Of a stretch of DNA of 64,000 nucleotides, positions 25,965 through 41,564 are shown piece after piece (position 1 is the stretch's first letter; every line of letters starts with the position of its first letter). The notes below the pieces were generated by a model. It was not told the DNA's origin. It did not search any database and saw nothing but the letters and a program-made list of their open reading frames with translations. Source of the stretch: Chrysomallon squamiferum (taxonomy: Eukaryota; Animalia; Mollusca). The translations under genes and the position numbers were made by a program. The DNA lies in contig CM022679.1 in NCBI GenBank assembly GCA_012295275.1, positions 12,400,001-12,464,000 of the forward strand, in the 5' to 3' direction.

Positions 25965-28900
25965 TATTATTATTATTCTATATATTGGTAAAGAATAAAC
26001 ATAACTAGTGGCTCAACGAGAAACTACATTAAAGCGATATGAATATTAAATGACAAGATACTATTTCTGGTTTTACATTATGAAATTCTAATTAAGTCTC
26101 TTTCCTTTCTTTTCAGTGACGAAAACGAGAAGTATATTATTTTTAATAAAACTGAAGAGAAATATTGATTTCCGCGAAAGTAAAAAAAATACCGTTAGAA
26201 TAATGTTATAAGCTTGTTCAGTGTATGATTAACGAGTTATATATAAAATAAGTGAGCGTGCATACCATCTCTGCTAGATTTATCATTACGTTCAGTTTTG
26301 TATCTGTGTGGAGTAGTATTAATCAATCCTTTTTAAAATTAAAATTAAAATAGATTGAAAAATAAAAAATCCTTAAAAAAATAAAAAATAAAAATAAATA
26401 AATAAATAAATAAAATAAAGAAGAAGAGGCAAAAAAGAAAAAGAAGAACGAGCTATATCGCTTAAAAAAAAAATAACAAAAAAAAAAAACTATGTTTTGT
26501 ATTCCAGTTCCTATAATATTATTGAGAAAAGTACAAGCAGACGTGAGATACAAATATAGTTCAATAAGAGTACCAAGTAGAAACTGATCCCAAGACGAGC
26601 TTCGCCTCAGGCCAACACGGCGGAGCAACCCACTCAGTAGTGATACTATCTGTTAACACTTTACATGTCTAAATCATTTCATCTCCCGTGATATACGTTG
26701 ATCTGTGCCATGTGCTTGACGCATAGTAATTATTTTGTCTGAAAAGGGTAATAGAAGACGGCTCAGAACGGCTCTAGAACCATAAACCAACCAGTTTTAA
26801 AACAGGGTGTAGAAAATACAGCACAAAATAACTCGTCACAAAGTCAATAATGCGCTTTTGAAAAAATACAGAAAATATTTTGAATATAATACAACATATA
26901 GATTTTCTCTAGAATTAAATAAAATAGCAAACTGAGAAGATGGCTCCGTCCATGTTTTAAACATGACTAGTACAAGTAACATTTTAATTTGATCCTGTCC
27001 AGATTTTCTCGTTCCGTAAAATATTTGAATTGACGAGTCACAGAGCGAAGGATTAATTTACTTTGTCGTTTTCGTCGGCTGTTTCCAGTTCTTGCCAGTT
27101 TGCTGTGACTACTTTATCAAAAGATGTTATATTTGTCTCTTTTTGTCGTGAAAAGGCCATTGTAAAGATCAAGTGACAAGTGATACGAAGTGTTTTATTT
27201 GTACGTTTGTTTTGTTTGTTTGATAAGGGAATTATAAATCCATTGACAAATAATAAGAACTTTATTTATTTATTTATTTATTTGTTTGTTTGTTTGCTAC
27301 CTGCCACTTTTGATATACGGTTGTTATACGACTGCACGCGAGAATCTACAAAATGACTGAATGAATTATTGTATCACAGATTCATGAATCAGTGAAGGCT
27401 TTGACAGAAAGTGAATCAAGTTGACAACATGTATTAGTTTTTCATTTCCTACGTTACATTTTCCAAACAATATTGAGTTGGCGATTATAGAAACCATTTA
27501 TAATAATCTCAAAAACTGAACTGATGAAACATGACAACAGAAATGTTTAGTTCATTTCCTTTTTTTTTTTGTGAAATAACATTATATGGAAAATATCCAA
27601 CATTTCTATTTTTAAGAAGAAAAAATGAAACAAAACAAAAATAAAAATAAAAAGTTTACAGTCCACTGGACTTCATTAGTGTTGTTTAGAAAAGAAGCTT
27701 AACCAGTCGATCATAAAATCATATTAGCCAATCAAATGCGAGCATTTCATTTAAATAATTTAGAAGCAGACGTCACGGGTTTACGTGCAGACGACTTCTG
27801 TTTACTTCCAGGACGACACATAATCCGTCAATAGACTAAACATACTCTAATTGATTTTCAGTAGTTCATAGTCTTAATTTTACTTGAAGCATCCAAACTG
27901 CATCCAAAAAGGATTTGTGGTAAATATTTAAACACTGAAAAAAAAAAAAAAAAACACACCCAAAAACGATTAGATAATTGTTTTAATAATCCGATGAATT
28001 AGACAGATTTTGATCGATATCACCGATACGAAGCTTAATGCCTGTTAAAAAAGACCAAGGCTGTATCTTCCATCGCGTCTGATCAAAGTTAACTGAGGAG
28101 ATGTAGTGTATTGTAACGACACATATAATTATTATCCAGTGCAATGACGTAACAATATATAGAAGAAAAAAAAATGAAATTAATAAATAAGGTCTTGATA
28201 CGTGTTTTTGCTTGATTTTTATTTTGTTTAATTTATTTTAATTTTTAATATTTTGTTTTTATATATATTTTGTTTTTTTCATTTATGTTTTCATTTTTTT
28301 TTTTTTTTTAAATTTAAAAAAAAAAAATGTATTGTTTAATTTCAAGCGTTCATCTGATGAAGTAAATCATTGAAATAGCTAGAACAGATGACAATAAAAC
28401 CTTATTATCATTTATATAGACTATAATTTTATACAAACTGTTTGACATTCATAATTTTTCAGAAAAGTAAACAAGGAAAATAAGAACATGATTCTGTCTT
28501 GTCTGTCTATTTCTCTGTCAGCCTGCGTGCGTGAATTTTCACTTTGATATCTTTCACTATTTCTTTAATTTCCGTGCATTTTATCAGACACTTCACATTA
28601 ACCATATTGTTAGCAACACTTAGTGATGAAAGATTTATCTGGTTTCATTGGAAATTTCGCACATTTTTTATTATTTTCAGACCGAAAAACATAAGAGTAA
28701 AATAAAAAAAAATGAACAAAAACAACAAAACTCTCTTTGAATTCACATGAGACTGATTTCTTAAAATCCTGTTTATGCGTAGATGTAGACACATATCTAT
28801 GTATCGTTGTTGGTGGAAAGGACGTCAGCGAATATACTAACAGAATGAAAATAAATTAACGTGCTAATCTGAGCAAGCTGTTGTGAAGCACGCCCACTGA

Positions 28901-29552
28901 ATATACGTAATTTCTTAGCCTGTATAGAACCAGCTTTCTTTATCTGAAGAAGTAATCAAACGGACGTTTATTCATTTTCTTTCTCGATAACATTAGCATT
29001 CATGACATGAAATTGTTCTTGACTTAACCTGGTAACAGTTTGTTGTCGTTGGACACATATACCATTTCATTTCATATTCCTTAATTTAGTTTGTTTTTCT
29101 CCGTGGACCGATAATATAATAAAAACGCGTTTTCTAACGTATATGACAGGGATGTCAAAAATATAGTTGTTAATAAAATAATGACGGAAGTGTGAACATC
29201 GAAATCCTTAATCTTATTTGCTTCAGAAATTTAGGTAACAACGCGCTTGGCTGTTCAGCTATTACAAAAAACTGTGTCGAGATATCGTTAAAAATTCATT
29301 CATTCTTCCATTCGCGAACCATTCATTGATTTATTCATTTACATTTCTATATTTGTAAACCGTTAATTTTACAGAAAAACAGCCACTGAGTTTAACATTT
29401 CATCTTAATAATATTATTTTAGTAGTGCACATGAATCCATTAAACTTGTTGTCTTAAAAATCTTAAATAAAAATTTAAAAATGTGGTTAACTCTTTTATC
29501 TCTCTCTCTTTATTTATTTATTTATTTATCTATTTATTTATTGTTCATTTTC

Positions 29553-29586
<34 letters not shown>

Positions 29587-30412
29587 GGAATTTCGAAACA
29601 AATTTATAAATATAAAGAGAATTCTTCATCCGAATGCTTCAGGCCTCGTTAGAGGACTTTTAATGGATGTATTTTTCGCCCCTGCACACACAATTATTTT
29701 CTCTACAACGCCATTTAGACAATAGTCAGTTGGCATCCGCCATCTATTGATAGTTAGAACACCATGGATTCCAACAAGTCTTTATTTCCTTCGACTGCGT
29801 CCAATGTTTCCCTGGGCGACACAAGCTATTTGGAATTTCTTAAATCAATGGTCCATTATTTGCTGCCTCCTGTCTATATGGGCTCTAGGGCTGAATTAAA
29901 CACTTCGAGTTAGCGAATCTTTATTAAAGAACCGAAAAACTCAATAAAGGATTTTTTTCTTCTTTTTCTTCTTCTTCAACTTCTTTTTTGGAATACCTTG
30001 AACTACTCCAATTGATTTTTTTTTTTTCCCCAATATTACGTGAGCTGGTATTGGTTTTAACGTTAACTCTATTGATCACTGTGTAGACAGTCTGATAATT
30101 ACGTCTGTATCAGGATCTTCTCTCTGACACACGTTTAAAAAAAGGTTACGACTATCAAGCAATCATTTTCGTTTAGACACACACTCTGTACCGTGTCTGT
30201 GTGCATGCGCACGACGGGGTTTGCTTCAGAATAATAGACGTGGATATTACTACAATGGCAGATATCAATAATGACGTCAGAAGTATTAGTTTGTTTATTA
30301 ATGTAGCAAGAGACGAAGTACTGGCATCCCACGCAGATACAAATAATTACTCAGCGATGATGGCAATATTAATGATGACTGTAAGGGTAATGGTAAAGGT
30401 GATACTGATTGC

Positions 30413-30456
<44 letters not shown>

Positions 30457-31924
30457 CAACAACAACAATGATATTAACAATAGGAAAGCTTGTGATGATG
30501 ATGATGATGATGATGGTGATGATGAGTAGAGGAATTGCTTTCGTTTCCATATCAAGATTACTGCAATGACCACCCCCAGGAACAACATCATCGTCATCAT
30601 CATGATCATTATTATCAACAACATCTACATTAATGCGAAATGAAAAAAGAACAAAACAAAATATATAAAGTAAATAATACTCTTATTGATCAATGTGTTC
30701 AACTAAGTAATGCTTTTATTCTGTAAATCTAGATGAAACGACAACAGTAAAACACAGCCCAAAGCCTCAATCGTCGCCTCTAACATGAAAAGCAATGATT
30801 AATTCCCTTTTACACGTAAAATAATTGACTTTCACCTTCAGCAAAGTTGATTAGAAGATAACACCGCTGCATAGTAGAAATACAAGCCTAGGTGAGGCTT
30901 AAGGGCAGATCGCCAACATACAGTTTAACGATTTTTGTCATGCTCCTATGGATTATAGTGAAAAGAATGTTTTTTACTTAAATGGCTCATATATTTTGGT
31001 CCTAATGTCAGAAATATTAAAGGAACAGACTTCGAAAGGGGAATGGAAGGGTACAAAAAGTATGCAGTAGTAAAATTTGACATTGACTTTAAATTTAATT
31101 ATCATCCACGGATGGCGTATTTAATGAAAGTGGTGTTGAATGGTCGTTACACAATTGCATTACTTGCTTTTCGTTTGTTTATTTTATGGTTTTGCTTGTT
31201 TACTTTTTTGTTTATTGATTCAGCAGTTCTATTATTCTTCAGTACAAGCTTGCACGAGAAGATTATATAATATTATGCCTCAGTTTATTCGATATATGTC
31301 TGTGTTTTCGTATGTATCTATGAATATGTGTGCTTGTGTTTGTGTGTTAAATATCTACATAAAATAGTATATACATATATACATTCATAACACACACAAA
31401 CACACCTTCAATCCGATTAACAGAAACTTTTTAACGAACTGGCAACTGACCATTCATAAGGAGAAATTACCGAAGTTTACCCAAGAAGAATCGATCCTGG
31501 GACATAATGCATTTCAGCTGAGTATCACACAGTCGAGTGAGGACGTGGGGTACAAATAAATAAAGCAGACGGTCGCACGGGCTCGTGACATAAATTCAAT
31601 GTCATCTTTCCGTGATGCTTTGTAATTTTTCATTCCACAATCTCAAGAGACCATCTTACGCATCCTGTGCGATCGATATTTGAACATCACTGAAGTGAAG
31701 ACAGCGTTCAGAAACCAACATTAAAAAAACAACAACAACATGTAAATAGGTCGATAGATGAAGTAAAATAACTATACATACAGGCGTATTTATTTACCTA
31801 TATAGCTAATTACGTACAAAATACGTTCTCGTACGTATGAGCGTGTGCGTAAGAAAGTCCGTGTTTAATGATGCATGGCTTTTCAAAAGATATAGCTGCA
31901 TATGTATATACATGTATGCATGTG

Positions 31925-31994
<70 letters not shown>

Positions 31995-32215
31995 ACCACC
32001 CTAACATAAGCGACTGTGTACAGATTTTTAAACAACATTTATGGATGTAAAATTGTTTAATGAGATTAGTTTTCAAAAGAATCAAAGTCATTCTAATACG
32101 TGTATTACAAATTCTGCTACATTAAAAACGTATTAAATAACGTAAAGCAGCTGGCATTTCATGTTTTAAACGTAATACTAATAGTTCGTTAACGCACGAA
32201 AGAGAGTGTGTGTGT

Positions 32216-32251
<36 letters not shown>

Positions 32252-33982
32252 TGTGTTTAATACGAACAATAATCCCAAAATAAGGAAATTTAGTCCGTAG
32301 GTTAATGAAATTGTGTGAGATAGCCGCGAGGGATAATGGCATGAAATAGATTAATTACTTTGTAGATTACAAGATTATTTTATTTTACAAACCAAAAAAA
32401 ATTAATACTATTGTTTTTCTTTTCATTCTGCAACAATAACAACTACAAAAACAAAAACAAAAACAAATCAAAACAAAACAACAACAACAAACAACAACAA
32501 ACAAACAAAACAAAAAACTTTGGGATTCTACAATTATAATACCAATAGGAACTACATGTTCTAATATTTCTGTACAATTAGTATTCTTCTGATACAGTTG
32601 TTGTTGCAATGTTTTTAGCATTAATGAAAACAATATACAAATAACAAAGATGATGATAATGTGAATGAGTCCAGTGACGTAATATTATCAAGTAATAGCA
32701 AATTCAATGACCAATGTAGTTCTGAATGTATTTAGAAATGTCGGTATCATATTTATAGCCGACACGAATATAGTAACACTTAAAGATTTCCTTGTCTTAA
32801 AATGAACTTCATTATTTTTGTAAAAATTGTCGAAATTATTAAATCAATTAATAATAATAATAATAACAATACATCATTAATGATAATAACGTTGTTTCGA
32901 AATGGTAACTGTATGTTATTTCAGGCCATAGAAGTCATACTGAAATTGCTGAGCATGCCAAACAAAATTGGTAGTAACATGAAGATCTACGTCTTAATTT
33001 CTCCTTGAATATAAAATGGCTCTTGGTATGATATCACACACAATATGGAACACTGCTAGGGAACAAGCACAATAAAATACATTTACAATCACTTCGTCTT
33101 CATCTAGAGTTTCCCCGACAGGATAGATTTGATAGATGTAACCTGTTTCCACGGTTCATTACGGTGGGCGAAACCATCAGAAAAGCAAACGTGATTCGTC
33201 TTTCTGCTTCTTTTTTTTTTTTTCAGCGACGGCGACGGTGATTGAATAACAAAGAAGATTCGCGTTTGTTTTATCCCCGAGGAAGATAAATTATTTTATT
33301 AGCACGCGCCGTGTCGTGGCTAAGATGACCAAGCGACAGTCTGGAATTGATTTTTTTTTTTTCCAACTTTCTCTTTACAAACCAGCGCAGCGGCTCCGTG
33401 ATGGTCGCATTTCCGCCGACCTGACGTGATTATAGCAACTGGTAATTTGAAAACGTGAAAAAAAACGAGAAAAAACATAACAACAATCTAATACAGGTTG
33501 TCGCAGCTAATAGCGTTGACAATACTGGGATTAGAACATAAATTTCTAGAATGTTTTTATATAATTTTTTCAAAAAAAAAAAAAAAAAAAATGAAACGAC
33601 GTTTTTTTAAAGACGGATCTATATTTGGAAATTTGTACAGAATAATGAATTGCTCTGGAGGCCAAGTTTTTTGTTGTTGTTGTTTTCCTTTCTTTCTGCT
33701 TCGAAGCATTTGCAAGATATTTTAATAAGTAAAATCAGTCATGTTAACTTTCATAATGTAATACAGCTATGAACGTAAACTATGAACGTAACTCTTTGAT
33801 TCAGGGAAAGATAACTATAGATTTTAAACATTACACTTTGATTCAGAAAATATTATTTATTATTCTGGGATTGGATTCTGTTTAGTTAAGATATGTAATG
33901 CAATATATTAATGTCTATACCAGGATAGACAGACAGATTAGACACAGGCTGGCAAATGGCCAATCACACAAATAAATAAATA

Positions 33983-34014
<32 letters not shown>

Positions 34015-34734
34015 AAAAAAGAAAGAAAGAGAGAAAGAAAAAAGATTTAAAAAACTCCGAAAACTCACCACCTTTTTTGTATCTTGCTTTATTTATATTT
34101 ATATTTAATAATATATATCTTTAATTTTCTTTTTTTCTTTTTTTTTTCTTTTTTTTTCTAATACAGTATGATATATTTAGAGAGAAATACATCAGTTATA
34201 TTTAACAATGATTTCTCATTTAAATCTTGATTTTTTTAATTTTTAGTTTTTTTTATTATTTTTTTTTTTATATAGCTATTTACAGTTTATCTGTAATTAT
34301 ACATATTTATAACATCATTCAATCAAGAATGGAAGATAGCGGACTTATCTATTGACAATATTGTTTATTTTAATGGCAAATGTTAGCAGACAAGGCATCA
34401 ATCTAAATTAAATAGATTTCTCATTTGTTAATCAAACAACAGATATTCTGTTATTATGAAGTTACTCAGAAAATAATTAATACAAATACAGAAGACAGAC
34501 AAAGTGTGTTAATAATAAATGAAAATCGAGTCATTTGAGAATATTAAAGGTTTTCTTAAGTGTTGCACGCTAACATTACTCTGAATTATTAATAACACCA
34601 ACTTATTAGTGTCATTGAAAGTTTAGTGCTTGCCATTGTAAGAACCAAAAAAGAAAATTGAATAGCTTGGAGTATTTAAATTTGTAAGAAGTAAAGGTGA
34701 ATATATGTTGTATTCAGAAGAAAATATTCAAAAG

Positions 34735-34839
<105 letters not shown>

Positions 34840-36619
34840 TTTGAACATCTTTCAAAAAATTATATGTTTTGCTTGTATTTTAAAATTGTTTTGTATTTAT
34901 TTATTTATTTATTTATTTATTTACTTACTTACATTTTTTTTTTTTCTGCTTGCAGGTGTTCAGCAAATGAAAATATATTAGGTTATAAAATATTTTCTTA
35001 ATATAAAAAAAAAAAGTAACAAAAAAATATTGCCGAAATCTGTAGAACTCACATGGACTGATAATTACAAATCTTTCAACATGAAATTTCTTTTCTACCA
35101 TAAAAATAGCTGTCAGTTTCTTCTTACTCTTCTTATTTTTTATACCATTAACGATCCTTAAAAATGTATTGGCTGTTCAGGACAGGCAGCGAAGAACATA
35201 CCACGGCCATTTATACACCAGCACGTAGTTCTCTGACCACTGACTTTTGTGTTCTCCTTGATTTTTACTTTTTGGGGAAATACTGTTGATTATGGTTACG
35301 TCCAATGCCAAAAAGTGGCTGCCAGACAGCGTGTTATTAAAATTTATTTCAAAGAACAACTATTTCTGTTGTTTTCGTTTAAATAATTTATAAACACAAG
35401 AAGGCAATTTTAAAATATTTGCTTCTTAAAATATGAGTAATTATTAGTCCTGTCTCACCAATGCTTTAAGCTGAACATAATTATATCCACATGCACGCAA
35501 ACATAAACACATATAGATAAGCACGCACAGACGCACACACATGCATACACTTACGTATTATACACGCCATTGTGGACACATTCTAACCCTATGCTTTAAT
35601 ACTTTCTGATATTGTATAAAAACTCGCAGCATTGGTTCATAATAGCACTATCGTTTCAAAACGAGTTTAATGAGAGAGAGCGCATAAACAACATTATATG
35701 CAAATAGCCTAAAATGCTTAAGTAATTGGCTTCGTTTTCTCCAATATTTTAACATTCCCAAAGCTAATATTCTGAACTGGATGTTGAAGCAGTTGCTGTT
35801 CTCTAGAGAAATGAAATTAATATAACTGAAATATTAACTTCTGAGAACAACTAAACTTATCGTCTGTGGACTTGTCGTTTAGAATTTTTCAGCAGTAACA
35901 AATTGGCCAAATTTAATAATTTAGCGATTGTATGATTTATAAAAAAAAAGATATTTAACAATACAGTAATGCCTTTTGTTCGATTTTTTTTTTTTATAAA
36001 AGATTAATATTTAACAAGAGTTATGAGTTTCGACATATTGTAGATTAATTTCTTATATTTGCTTCAAACAAGATTTCCATATGTTTCCTTGTACCATAAT
36101 TTTGCCTGAAAAAAAGTGTGTCAATCTGCTGAACGCTATTTTTAAGCATTTTATTAATTTTTTTATAAAATTACATTTCGCAGTGAATGGATATAAACAT
36201 GCATAAAACATTTAATATTGACGGATATTACATGTCAGCCATAAGTTTCGTATGTCTTGATATTATGAGAAAAATGTACATGCATCTTCCATAAACAGAA
36301 ACACAAAGACATACACCACAGTCTGTGAAAAATGACAATGGATGGATTCTGGAGAACTGATCCAACCACCCATCAAGCGCTAAACCATTATTCTAATGGT
36401 TTTACTGAGCAAAACGTTTGAACAGGAAACAAAACAAACAAAAAAAGTAAAAAATAAAATAGAATGAAATAAAATATTATAAATTATAATAATAAAAAAA
36501 ATAATAATAATAAAAAAAGGATAATATTATTAGTATTATTATTATTATTATCATCATCATTATTGTATCATCATCATTGTTATTATTATCATTATCATCA
36601 TCATCACCATCATCATCAA

Positions 36620-36674
<55 letters not shown>

Positions 36675-37444
36675 GAAAATTCTGCACTTTATATAGGACT
36701 GTCTAATCGTAAAACGATACTTTGGTAATCCTGTTTGCAAATGAAATGTAAATTGCTCTTCTTAACGGGAAAAGATGAAAAAGAAAGGAGAAAAAAACAA
36801 ACAAAGAAAAACACTCCACTGAATAACATTGATAAAGAGGAGAGTCCTTTAATGCATTAGCCCTGATACTCTGAGTAGTCGTTTACCAATATCATCTATC
36901 CGATTAAAGCAGAAATTCAGTATTATTCAGCAAGTAATATGAAAATTGCATATGTGTTTTAGCATGCTGAATTAAATTTTCATTACTAATGTTTAGATAT
37001 GTTTATAGGAAAATTCACCGAACTGTGAAATTAATGTCATTGTAAATGCGAAAACATGCACGTTCACGTTTTCTCCAGTGAATGTACAACAGAAAAAGAA
37101 GACAAAAACAACAACAACAACAACAAACAAACAAACAAACAAAAAATAAAAAAAGTATTCCCCATAAAGATATAAATAAATAAACAAAATTATATACGTG
37201 TGTGTGTGTGTGTGTGTGTGTTTATATACATATATATGTGTGTACACCTGTGTGTGTGTGTGTGTTATACCTTTTACGTGACAGCGCCTATAAGAAAATA
37301 ATATTTATTACTAGGCTTTATGTTTCTGATTCTGACTGTCATTCTCGCTACCAGGAGAAAACAATCAACTCCTCCGTCCTACAGCAACAACCAGTCAGTT
37401 CATTCACTCCAGACAGCATCATTACCACCACTACAACACATACA

Positions 37445-37510
<66 letters not shown>

Positions 37511-39091
37511 TTCTTTCTCTGTCTCCATCTCTATAAAATTAAGAAAAAATTACCATAACGAAAATGGATGTAGAAAAATCATTACCATTAATAAAGCTTT
37601 TCTGATCGCTATGACGTTAAGACCTAGTTACAAATCACTGCCGGAGATATAAACAGGAATGGACCAAAATTAGGTTAAATTAACGGAGGGCTTCTAATAA
37701 TGTTCCTTTATCGAATTTTACGGAAAATCTTTTCCATGGTCACGACATCAAAATGGTATTAAATACGTGAAGAAAATACAAATAACTCCACCGGTCGATT
37801 GTCGTTACTGAACGATAAACTGACAGATGGCGCTGTTGTACTCAGTATACCGCATCTTCGTTTTGTGATGATGTGTCGTTCCAAACTTTAGTTTATTTCC
37901 TTAATTAATAATATGAGATAAGAAGAAGAGATTTATAAACTGTTTTTAAATGTAACGAAGATAGATTTTTGTGTGTAAAGCATTTTAACGCATTGCAGTG
38001 GCTTTATTTGTCAAGCTAATATTAACAAAACGGAATCAATCGATATCAGTTTGATACGTTATTTCGTGACACGGCTGTAATTACGAATGAAGAAATGACA
38101 GGTTAAAAAAAAATAAATAAAAAGAAAGAATAGAAATAAACAGAACGGACTTTATGGAAAATCATTAATTTTTACGTGAGTCAGCTGCATGCTTCAGAGA
38201 TTATACAACTGGTTTAATATTTATTTATTTATTTATTTATTTATTTATATTATTTATTTTATTTATTTTTAAATTTTTATTTTTATTTTTTTATATTTTT
38301 TTTTTTTTTATTATTTTATTTATTTATATATATATATATATATTTTTTTAAATTATTTTTTTTATTTATATATATATATTTTTTTTTTTTTTAAATTGAT
38401 TTTTTTTTTTTTATCATTCATTTTTATTATTGTTTGTTGTTGTTGATGTTGTCTGCGTGTTTTATTTTGGATCATATTTCGAAAGATATTCTTCGACAGA
38501 GGCACAGTAATAAAGATATCTGAACAAACACACAGACACATAATATTCATAAGCCGTATATTTCTACCATTAAATATAACAATAAAATCACTGCTCTCAG
38601 AATGCTTAATCTCTCATATACTCTCTAAATAATTATGTTCACTGCTTATGTTACAACTGCATAAACAATAAATCACAGTTTGAAAAGAATTACATACAAA
38701 AACTGGCTCGGAGAGAAGCAGGGTAATCGCAGATGGCGACGAAACCGATAAAATGATTCGAGTGACTGAAATTAACGACCAGAATCGATTTGTAATAAAA
38801 AGGCCTTCAAACCAAGTACGAGAGATTTCAATGCTTGATTGAGAGTGTCCGCCGTAAGTATCACAGAAAAGTGCATTTTCCAGAGCCGATGACATATAAG
38901 TATTAAAATGTGATTAGAGAGAGAAGAGTCACTGTCAGTATGACATCATTTTTTTCTTTCTCTGGCGTCGCCATCAGGACAGAGTGAATGCCAGATGCGT
39001 TCGTTTCATGTTATTGACGTATTAAGAACTTTCTGTATGTTCTTAGTCCAATCACAATCTCACAAACATACCACTTCGCCGTCAAGACAAT

Positions 39092-39124
<33 letters not shown>

Positions 39125-39886
39125 TATGTGTGTGTGTATGTATGATGATATGTATGTATGAATGTATGTGTGCTTGTGTGTATATGTGTATCTGTGCTTG
39201 TATGCAAATATTAGATGTACGTGTGTATTTGTAATATATGTGTATATGCGTCTTTATGTATGTATGTATGTACATATGTATGTATGTGCGGCTCTATGAA
39301 TGTGTGTAATATGTGTTTATATATGTTTGTATTACTGGTTATAATTATGTGTATATGTATGAAGACGTACGAATGTATGTTTGTATATATGGGTATTATT
39401 TAAAGTATCTAAAATCTGTTAAGAATATTCTAGAATTATACTCAACTTCCTTGTGCTGAAAACACGTACTAACTGACAATAATAATTATTTACAATTATA
39501 TTCCAGTGGTGAAAATCTAACACGCCGTCAAAAATAATTATCTGAGATGAAGTAATCGTTTACCTTAATGACATCATACCATTATGACGTTACCGATTTG
39601 TTCATCCTGCAGATGGAAGAATTATCTCCAAAGAAAGTAATTTTATTTATTTATTTATATATTTATTTATTTACAGCAAACAGAAATTCGATTGTAAGTA
39701 ATCATTCTGTTGCTATATTATTATAAGTATAATATGTGTATAAAGCATTATTTATTTGATAAAAAATATAAAAAGAAATTTATAAAGCTATTAATAAGAT
39801 AATATGACTCAGCGCTTTTATTTATATACGTTTAAATATAACTAAAATATTTTTCACATTATATTATTTTTCAACCAAAACCAGCC

Positions 39887-40030
<144 letters not shown>

Positions 40031-40653
40031 ATTTATATGTTGGCGAATAGTCAGGAACAACACTCATTCATAGAGACAGACAGGCACCGACACAAAGATG
40101 TACGCAAACACAGGGACACACGCATGCATGCAAAGACATTCAATAAAGATATAAATATATTATTCGAGTCATCATATTCACAAAGGCTCAACCAGCACAC
40201 GTTCGCTTCTGTGATAATGTGGGCTAAAGGTGAAAACGGAAATACGATATGTGTCAAGCGTCTTCATTAACGTTATTACTGGCTTTCCACAGTTTCTACT
40301 GGGAATCGTCATACTCTGCAATGTCAGTAATATGATGAGACAAAAACATTTGCTTCGTAGCGAATCTGACTTTCTCAATAACAATCGAGCGAGAGAGAGA
40401 GAGAGAGAAAGAGAGAGGACTTTTTGATGTATTAATATATTTAATGGTATTGTTCAGTTTAAAATATGGTATTTAAATATGTAAATTTTTAAAGTTTTAT
40501 GAACAATTCATCTTATTATTATTATTATTATTATTTTGTACTTTAATTAAAAAATCGGGTGTGACCATGACATAAAAGAAGCGGGATAAGCAGTGCTTTA
40601 ATTAGTTATTATTTTTATAATTTATAATTAAATTAATAACAACAATATATAAA

Positions 40654-40690
<37 letters not shown>

Positions 40691-41359
40691 GTAATAATAA
40701 TAATAATTATATTAATAAGATGAACGATTATTATTATTATTAATATTATCATTATCATCATCACCATCATTAACATCTCCCAATATACAAATGCAATAAT
40801 AATTTTAAAATAAAAAAATAAAATAAAAATTCGATATATTAACGCAACATGACTCTGGTTTCTCGTGAAAGACGACAAAGACATTACGGACAATAACGCA
40901 CATAAATGCCTGCATATTTACACATAGATATTTATGTGCATTCATTACAGTGCGTCATCTTCCATCTGTGTAATATATACACGCATAAAAGCGAGGAGGA
41001 AAAACAAAAAAACAAACAAATGTTGTTACAGAACCGTGTTCTACAGTGACAGCTAAATTGCAATGCATCTCCGGGCAACAGTAGCACCAGACATTCTAAC
41101 GTCATTAATTCATTATGTGCGAGGCAGAATGCTTTCCTGCATTATGCTTCACTTAAACAAGCAGGGGAAAAAGTGGTAAAAATCCACCAAGCAAACATAA
41201 TGAAACAAGACAAACAAATATTAAACACGAAAAAAAAAAAAAGACAGTGATAGTTTACACTTAGCACATTCTCTGCAGAATTGTGTGTGACGAAAAAAAA
41301 TAACAATAATAAAAAAAATAAATGAATGAATAAAATAAAATAAAATAAAATAAATAAAA

Positions 41360-41426
<67 letters not shown>

Positions 41427-41533
41427 TAATAATAATCATCATCATCATCATCATTATAATTAACAAACAAATATATTGGCTGAATTAACAAATTCTGTGG
41501 ACTAACCTTTCCATGCTTTACAGTATTTCACAG

Positions 41534-41564
<31 letters not shown>

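Noticed and set aside
23345-31535. tRNA-like B-box motifs (ggatcgatcc at about 23373, and reverse-strand look-alikes at about 26585 and 31492)
   Set aside because: No cloverleaf; at most decayed SINE heads with undefined boundaries.
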